Source: a virus. Taken from it: a stretch of 37,933 nucleotides of DNA. The DNA lies in IMG/VR virus record IMGVR_UViG_3300009068_000006; one strand, 5' to 3'. Shown here piece by piece: positions 32,366 through 37,933 of the stretch. Position 1 is the stretch's first letter. Every line of letters begins with the position of its first letter. A program made the position numbers and the translations under genes. The notes under the pieces are model-generated. The model had not been told where the DNA came from. It did not search any database and saw only the letters and a list, made by a program, of their open reading frames with translations.

Positions 32366-32818
32366 ATGTTCCAAAGCTTCCACTACGAACCTCGCAAGCT
32401 CCAAGCTACAGAGTCACGGCTCGAAGCGATAATGAAAGCCGCCAAGCTCGGGCTTAAGGGCGACTCTTTGGCGCTAGCAGCTGGAATGACCCCAACCGAA
32501 TACAGGCAGTTAGTGTTGTTTGACCCCATTGCGGAATACGCAGAACTCAAAGGGAGAGCAGATGGAGAACGTGAAATGTCTGAAGTCTTGCATCTTGCTG
32601 CAAAAGAAGGTGACTCCAAAGCCGCCCTTGCCATCCTCCAGCACCAGCACGGATGGGTTGCCAAGCAACAGCTTTCAATCGATGTTGAACAACGAATATC
32701 TATCACGGCAGCGCTTGAACAAGCGCAATCAAGAGTTATCAACGCTCTGGAAAACCAACCCGCCCAGACTGTAGAGTTCAAAGAAGTGCCTAGCAAACAG
32801 AAGCTAAAAGCCGCCTAA
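32366..32818 (+). CDS. Terminase small subunit (150 aa)
   Basis: Lies immediately upstream of, and abuts, the large terminase gene. It has an HTH-like segment (GDSLALAAGMTPTEYRQL) and the EGDSKAALAILQHQHGWV pattern common in phage TerS proteins. No clear RBS, so the start is uncertain. Confidence 0.6.
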   Translation: MFQSFHYEPRKLQATESRLEAIMKAAKLGLKGDSLALAAGMTPTEYRQLVLFDPIAEYAELKGRADGEREMSEVLHLAAKEGDSKAALAILQHQHGWVAKQQLSIDVEQRISITAALEQAQSRVINALENQPAQTVEFKEVPSKQKLKAA

Positions 32819-34348
32819 ATGCAAACTACTCGCTATTCCGCGCAAGATGAACAAGAACTCATGGCGCGGTTATGGTCACCCGCCATCAAGGACAACCCAC
32901 TAGCGTTTGTGATGTTTGCCTTCCCTTGGGGACAAGCAGGCACACCGCTTGAACACTTCACTGGCCCACGTAAATGGCAGCGCCAGGTATTGACTGATCT
33001 AACAGATCACATCAAAAAGAACGATGGGCAGATTGACTTTAGCGTACTAAGGCTAGCGATTGCGTCAGGCCGTGGTATTGGTAAGTCGGCCTTAGTGTCC
33101 TGGTTAGTGCTGTGGATGATGACTACGCGGATTGGATCGACCGTAATCGTGTCAGCCAACAGCGAGAGCCAGCTACGCTCAGTCACTTGGGCTGAGATCA
33201 CTAAGTGGTCGTCCATGTCCATTAACACCCACTGGTGGGAGATCAGTGCAACCAGAGTCATGCCAGCCAAATGGCTGACCGAGTTGGTTGAAAGGGATCT
33301 GAAGAAAGGCACGCGCTATTGGAACTTAGAGGGGCGGCTTTGGTCGGCTGAGAATCCTGACGCGTTCGCCGGTGTGCATAACTACGATGGGGTAATGGTC
33401 GTGTTTGACGAAGCGTCTGGTATTGACGACTCTATCTGGGCGGTGACAAGTGGCTTCTTTACTGAGAACACGCCCAACCGTTTTTGGTGTTGTTTTAGCA
33501 ACCCACGACGCAATACAGGCTATTTCTATGAGGCGATCGAGGGTAGCAAACGGGACTTCTGGCAATCGAGGCAAGTCGATGCGCGGGAAGTAGAAGGCAC
33601 CGACAAGAACGTGTACAACCAGATCATTGAGGAATACGGCGCGGATTCGTACCAAGCGCACGTAGAGGTGTACGGTTCGTTCCCATCAGAAGGGGACGAT
33701 CAGTTCATCTCATCAAGCCTAGTAGACGATGCCATGAAACGGGACAAATGGCGGGATGACTCCGCGCCCATCGTGATTGGGGTAGACCCTGCAAGGTTCG
33801 GCAGCGATTCGACCGTTATTGCAGTGCGTCAAGGACGGGACATCGTGGAGATCCGCAAGTACAAGGGCGACGATACGATGGTGGTGGTTGGTCATGTGAT
33901 CGAGGCCATCGAGCAGTATGAGCCTGCGGTAGTAGCCATCGATGAGGGTGGGCTTGGGGCGGGTGTGGTTGACCGGCTCAAGGAACAACGCTACAAGATC
34001 AGGGGTGTCAACTTCGCAAACAAGTCAAAGAACCCCATGATGTACGGCAATATGCGGGCGCAAATTTGGGGGCAGATGAAGGATTGGCTTAAGAACGCAA
34101 GCATCCCCAAGGAAAAAACGCTCAAGACTGACTTGATTAGCCCACTGATGAAACCTGACAGTAAAGGTGCCATTTTCTTGGAAAGCAAGAAAGACATGAA
34201 AGCCAGAGGATTAGCGTCCCCAGACAGTGCTGACGCTATTGCACTCACTTTTGCGTTTCCTGTTGCACACCGCGAATCTAAAGGTATACTTCGCAAACAG
34301 ACATATCAATCTCAAGGCGCAGCCTTGAACTCATGGATGGGATCGTAA
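32819..34348 (+). CDS. Terminase large subunit
   Basis: Walker A ASGRGIGKSALV and Walker B MVVFDEASGI. RNase-H-like nuclease acidic motifs VIGVDPARFGSDS and VVAIDEGGLGAGVVD. Confidence 0.9.
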   Translation: MQTTRYSAQDEQELMARLWSPAIKDNPLAFVMFAFPWGQAGTPLEHFTGPRKWQRQVLTDLTDHIKKNDGQIDFSVLRLAIASGRGIGKSALVSWLVLWMMTTRIGSTVIVSANSESQLRSVTWAEITKWSSMSINTHWWEISATRVMPAKWLTELVERDLKKGTRYWNLEGRLWSAENPDAFAGVHNYDGVMVVFDEASGIDDSIWAVTSGFFTENTPNRFWCCFSNPRRNTGYFYEAIEGSKRDFWQSRQVDAREVEGTDKNVYNQIIEEYGADSYQAHVEVYGSFPSEGDDQFISSSLVDDAMKRDKWRDDSAPIVIGVDPARFGSDSTVIAVRQGRDIVEIRKYKGDDTMVVVGHVIEAIEQYEPAVVAIDEGGLGAGVVDRLKEQRYKIRGVNFANKSKNPMMYGNMRAQIWGQMKDWLKNASIPKEKTLKTDLISPLMKPDSKGAIFLESKKDMKARGLASPDSADAIALTFAFPVAHRESKGILRKQTYQSQGAALNSWMGS

Positions 34349-34626
34349 TGGCGACAAAAAAACATGACAAACCCATAGCTCGTACAACCACGGGCAAAGG
34401 CGCGAACTACAAACCCACCGACAAAGGTGCGGGTATGACTGCCAAAGGAAGGGCTGCGTACAATGCAAAAAATAATGCAAATCTTAAGGCGCCTGCGCCA
34501 AACCCTAAATCTAAAGCGGATGTTGGGCGTAAAGCCAGCTTTTGCGCCAGGATGTCAGGCGTCGTTGCCCACGCCAAAGGCGACGCCCCGCGTGCGAAAG
34601 CCGCGCTCAAAAGTTGGAAATGTTAA
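34348..34626 (+). CDS. Small basic protein (92 aa)
   Basis: MATKKHDKP… starts with a TAATG overlap on the TerL stop; I preferred this over the track start at 34333. Lys/Ala/Gly-rich, with GRKASFCARMSG and a C-terminal KSWKC. Confidence 0.5.
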   Translation: MATKKHDKPIARTTTGKGANYKPTDKGAGMTAKGRAAYNAKNNANLKAPAPNPKSKADVGRKASFCARMSGVVAHAKGDAPRAKAALKSWKC

Positions 34627-34639
34627 TAAGGAGAAAAAA

Positions 34640-34804
34640 GTGGCTACAAAACCTGGATTGTATTCAAATATTCACGCAAAGAAGGCTCGTATAGCTGCGG
34701 GATCAGGCGAAAAGATGAGAAAGCCTGGCACTGCGGGCGCGCCCACAGCTAAAGATTTTAAACAATCGGCTAAGACAGCTAAGCCTGCAAAGAAAGGTAA
34801 ATGA
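34640..34804 (+). CDS. Small basic protein (54 aa, VATKPGLYSNIHAKKARIAAGSGEKMRKPG…)
   Basis: GTG start 6 nt after an AAGGAG RBS at 34628-34633. The longer track ORF from 34463 overlaps the previous gene in another frame. Confidence 0.45.
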   Translation: MATKPGLYSNIHAKKARIAAGSGEKMRKPGTAGAPTAKDFKQSAKTAKPAKKGK

Positions 34805-34944
34805 TGCCCCTCAAGAAAAGCCCAAGTAAAGAAGCCTTCCGTAAGAACGTGTCTGCGGAAGTCAAAAGTGGCAAGCCCGTCAAGCAAGCCGTAGCAATCG
34901 CTTATGCGGTAAAACGTGGAGCGATGTCTAAAGGTAAAAAATAA
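34801..34944 (+). CDS. Small basic protein (47 aa, MMPLKKSPSKEAFRKNVSAEVKSGKPVKQAVAIAYAVKRGAMSKGKK)
   Basis: Hand-translated. ATGA overlap with the upstream stop at 34801-34804. Confidence 0.45.
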   Translation: MMPLKKSPSKEAFRKNVSAEVKSGKPVKQAVAIAYAVKRGAMSKGKK

Positions 34945-35031
34945 ATTTAAAGCCGTTAAGGTTTTATCCCAAAGTAAATTGTTTAGCGGTATCATTGTCG
35001 ATGCGCGAACCTGATGTGATCGGAATACTAA

Positions 35032-37272
35032 ATGGCGTATGACCAAACCTCGATGAATATCGTCGGCAAAGTAGCCGACGTAGGTGGCAACCCCACTACT
35101 ACTCCAAATGAACAGTCAGATGTTCTAGCTACCATGCGCCATCGCTTTCAGATGGCAATGTCTGCGTATTCTGAATCTAGAGAAGATGAGCTAGATGACC
35201 TTCGCTTTATGGCTGGCTCTCCAGACAACCAATGGCAATGGCCTGCTGACGTATTGGCAACTCGCGGTTCTGTCCAAGGGCAAACGATTAATGCGCGCCC
35301 GTGCTTGACCATTAACAAACTACCGCAGCACGTTAAACAAGTAACAAACGAACAGCGTCAGAACCGACCCGCTGGGAAAGTGATCCCTGCGGATGATAAA
35401 GGCGATGTTGAAGTAGCTGAGATCTTTGAAGGTATGGTTCGCCATATCGAATATATGTCTGACGCCGATGTGGTCTATGACACCGCTTGTGAAAACCAAG
35501 TAACGTATGGTGAAGGTTATTTCCGTATCTTGACTGAGTATTGCAACGAAGGTTCGTTTGATCAAGACTTGCGTTTAGGTCGTATTCGTAACGCGTTTAG
35601 CGTGTACATGGATCCAATGATCCAAGACCCTGCGGGTTGCGATGCTGAATGGTGCTTTATTAGCCAAGACTTAGAAAAAGACGAATACGAGCGTCAATTT
35701 CCAAATGCCGCGCCCATTACGTCCATTATGTCCCAAGGCGTAGGTGATGATTCCCTAAGCCAATGGCTAAATGAGAACACCATTCGTATTGTTGAGTATT
35801 TTTATTACACTCACACCCCAACTAAACTTAATTTGTACCCAGGCAACATGAGTCATTTTGACGGTTCGCCTGAAGATAAAGAAATGAAACAAATGGGCTT
35901 AAAACCCATTAAATCCCGCATAGTAGATGTCAAAAAAGTTAAATGGATGAAGTCCAATGGATATGAAGTCCTCCAAGAACAAGATTGGGCGGGCAAATGG
36001 ATCCCCGTGATCCGCGTGATTGGTAACGAATTTGAAGTAGATGGTCGTATTTATGTGTCTGGCTTGGTTAGAAATGCCAAAGATGCACAACGTATGTACA
36101 ACTATTGGGTATCCCAAGAGGCAGAGATGCTTGCTTTGGCACCAAAAGCACCATTTATCGGTTACGGCGGTCAGTTTGAAGGATACGAAAACCAATGGAA
36201 AACTGCTAACACGACCAATTGGCCGTATTTGGAAGTTAATCCCGATGTTACTGATGGAATGGGTGCAACGCTGCCACTTCCACAACGCGCCCCGCCTCCT
36301 TTGGCTCAAACAGGTCTTATCCAAGCCAAAATGGGCGCGTCTGATGATATCAAGTCTACTACTGGACAGTATGACTCGAGCTTAGGTGCCACAAGCAACG
36401 AACGCTCGGGGAAAGCTATTCTTGCCCGTGAACGCCAAGGCGATGTCGGCACGTTCCACTATGGTGACAACCTGACTAAAGCCATTCGTTTTGCAACGCG
36501 TCAGTTAATTGACCTTATCCCTAAGATCTATGACACCGAACGTATTGCCCGCGTGATTGGTATCGATGGTGAAGTGTCAATGGCTAAGATCAATCCTGAG
36601 CAAGACGAGCCAGTTAAGAAAATTGTTGATGACACAGGCGTTGTGATTGAAAAAATCTATAACCCTAGCGTAGGGTATTACGATGTAGTGGCTACTACTG
36701 GCCCAGGCTACATGACTAAGCGCCAAGAAGCGATGGAAGCTATGGCGCAGATTTTGCAAGGCAATCCTCAGCTATGGGCTGTTGCAGGCGATCTATTTGT
36801 TAAAAATATGGATTGGCCTGGCGCGCAAGAGTTGGCTGAACGCTTGGCTAAAACGATTGATCCTAAACTTTTATCGGCTGATGACGAAGATCCTGCATTG
36901 CAAGCTGCTCAACAGCAGATGCAAGCAATGGGTCAAGAGATGGAAGGTATGCACGCCATGCTTCAAAACGTCAGCAAGTCAATGGAAGCGCAAGAAATGG
37001 AGCGTAAGGATTTTGAAGCGCAAATTAAGTTGTTTGACGCTGAAACTAAACGGTTAACTGCCGTTCAAGCATCTATGTCACCTGAACAGATTCAAGATAT
37101 TGTTTTAGGAACGCTGCACGCTGCAATGGATAGCGGGGATATCATTACTGAAATGCAACGCGGCACTGCAATGGATATGCAAGAGGAAGAACAGCCGATG
37201 GAACAGCCTATGCAACCACAAGGCCAACCAATGCCACCTGAACAAATGCCACCACAAGGGATGCCACAATGA
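35032..37272 (+). CDS. Portal protein (P22-type, with a long C-terminal helical/Pro-Gln-rich tail)
   Basis: 746 aa, downstream of the terminase genes. Has an N-terminal RFQMAMSAYSESREDELDDLRFMAGSPDNQWQWP pattern typical of podovirus portals. The C-terminal coiled-coil region (QAAQQQMQAMGQEMEGMHAMLQNV) ends in PQGQPMPPEQMPPQGMPQ. Confidence 0.85.
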   Translation: MAYDQTSMNIVGKVADVGGNPTTTPNEQSDVLATMRHRFQMAMSAYSESREDELDDLRFMAGSPDNQWQWPADVLATRGSVQGQTINARPCLTINKLPQHVKQVTNEQRQNRPAGKVIPADDKGDVEVAEIFEGMVRHIEYMSDADVVYDTACENQVTYGEGYFRILTEYCNEGSFDQDLRLGRIRNAFSVYMDPMIQDPAGCDAEWCFISQDLEKDEYERQFPNAAPITSIMSQGVGDDSLSQWLNENTIRIVEYFYYTHTPTKLNLYPGNMSHFDGSPEDKEMKQMGLKPIKSRIVDVKKVKWMKSNGYEVLQEQDWAGKWIPVIRVIGNEFEVDGRIYVSGLVRNAKDAQRMYNYWVSQEAEMLALAPKAPFIGYGGQFEGYENQWKTANTTNWPYLEVNPDVTDGMGATLPLPQRAPPPLAQTGLIQAKMGASDDIKSTTGQYDSSLGATSNERSGKAILARERQGDVGTFHYGDNLTKAIRFATRQLIDLIPKIYDTERIARVIGIDGEVSMAKINPEQDEPVKKIVDDTGVVIEKIYNPSVGYYDVVATTGPGYMTKRQEAMEAMAQILQGNPQLWAVAGDLFVKNMDWPGAQELAERLAKTIDPKLLSADDEDPALQAAQQQMQAMGQEMEGMHAMLQNVSKSMEAQEMERKDFEAQIKLFDAETKRLTAVQASMSPEQIQDIVLGTLHAAMDSGDIITEMQRGTAMDMQEEEQPMEQPMQPQGQPMPPEQMPPQGMPQ

Positions 37273-37631
37273 AAGCGTGTGATTTTGTAGGAATATTCTT
37301 TTTAGCCCGTGATGTAACCCATTCGGTTCATTTAAATACCCGTAGCTATGCAAAACATAAAGCGTTACAGAAATTTTACGAGAATATTATTGATTTGGCA
37401 GACGCGTTTGCTGAGGCATACCAGGGACGGCATGGTTTGATCGGCCCTATCAGTTTAATGTCGGCTAAAAAAACTAGCAATGTGATTGAATTTTTAGAAG
37501 CCCAACTTGCTGAGATTGAATCAGTACGTTATGACGTATGTGATAAAAGTGATAGCGCTTTGCAACAATTAATAGATAACATTATTGAGTTGTATTTAAC
37601 AACCCTTTATAAATTACGGTTTCTAGCCTAA
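37269..37631 (+). CDS. Hypothetical helical protein (120 aa) with a Dps/ferritin-like helix signature
   Basis: ATGA overlap with the portal stop. FLARDVTHSVHLNTRSYAKHKALQKFYENIIDLADAFAEAY resembles Dps helices A-B (h-x-x-HW-x-V-x-G-x-x-F-x-x-LH…D-x-h-AE). The resemblance is weak. Confidence 0.5.
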   Translation: MKACDFVGIFFLARDVTHSVHLNTRSYAKHKALQKFYENIIDLADAFAEAYQGRHGLIGPISLMSAKKTSNVIEFLEAQLAEIESVRYDVCDKSDSALQQLIDNIIELYLTTLYKLRFLA

Positions 37632-37933
37632 TGCCAATAACTGTCAACCATTCAACGCCTGCCGACGGTACTTTTAGTGCTACAGGCGCAACTGCTTGGG
37701 ATGCTAACCATACGCTAACTGGCGTAGGGACGTTAGCCGAGCAAAATGCCAACGCAGTAGCCATTACTGGTGGTTCTATTACTGGCATCACTGACTTAGC
37801 TATTGCAGATGGTGGTACAGGTGCTTCAACTGCAAGCACAGCATTTAACAATTTAAGTCCATTAACGACTGCTGGCGATACTTTATATGGCGGTACTAGC
37901 GGTGCTGGCACAAGATTATCCATTGGTACAGCA
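37631..37933 (+). CDS. Tail fibre protein, N-terminal part (continues at base 124 of the window after circular closure)
   Basis: The ATG at 37631 makes a TAATG overlap with the upstream stop. The frame is open to the window end, and the last 123 nt are identical to, and in frame with, bases 1-123. Confidence 0.75.
   Translation, partial: MPITVNHSTPADGTFSATGATAWDANHTLTGVGTLAEQNANAVAITGGSITGITDLAIADGGTGASTASTAFNNLSPLTTAGDTLYGGTSGAGTRLSIGTA
37811..37933. repeat. 123-bp exact duplicate of bases 1-123 (circular-closure overlap or terminal redundancy)
   Basis: Direct comparison: ggtggtacaggtgcttcaactgcaagc…ccattggtacagca is identical at both window ends. Confidence 0.95.

Noticed and set aside
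1-37933. tRNA, rRNA, a diversity-generating retroelement, introns/inteins, and a lysogeny module
   Set aside because: I saw no cloverleaf-compatible T-loop or anticodon-arm segments in the intergenic regions. There is no reverse transcriptase or template/variable repeat pair, no split enzyme motifs, and no integrase, recombinase or CI/Cro-like gene. Absence judged by eye is not proof; tRNAscan-SE or ARAGORN and profile searches would settle it.

Overview
The window is a complete, circularly closed dsDNA phage genome. Bases 1-123 are identical to 37811-37933, so the unique length is about 37,810 bp, and one tail-fibre gene runs across the junction.

Morphogenesis genes are P22/podovirus-like: small and large terminase, portal, scaffold, P22-type coat, gp4-like adaptor, gp10-like tail hub, several fibre genes and three ejection-type proteins. 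No tape-measure, tube or sheath gene is visible. A lysis cluster follows, with a GTA-type 3-TM holin and a GH19 endolysin.

The replication/recombination module is split over two divergent operons. One carries a VRR-NUC nuclease, an SNF2 helicase and small genes. The other carries a Cas4-like PD-(D/E)XK nuclease, family-A DNA polymerase and a RepB-primase/PriCT-2/P-loop helicase fusion. I recognised no integrase, repressor, tRNA, rRNA or CRISPR array.

The most unusual part is a roughly 3.9-kb accessory island at 28463-32365, between the primase-helicase gene and terS. It contains three iteron-like 19-mers and a 244-bp almost A-free microsatellite array. It also holds a reverse-strand cassette encoding a Zn-ribbon amidoligase, an Ntn/class-II glutamine-amidotransferase-like enzyme and a 31-aa membrane peptide, with its own terminator and a palindromic operator candidate. 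The island ends in a ~750-bp non-coding stretch (31611-32365) containing helically phased DnaA-box-like 9-mers in two opposed blocks.

A second notable gene is a cupin-like/SET-domain fusion protein lying between the fibre genes and the ejection-protein genes. All family assignments come from motif recognition by eye; no database search was run.
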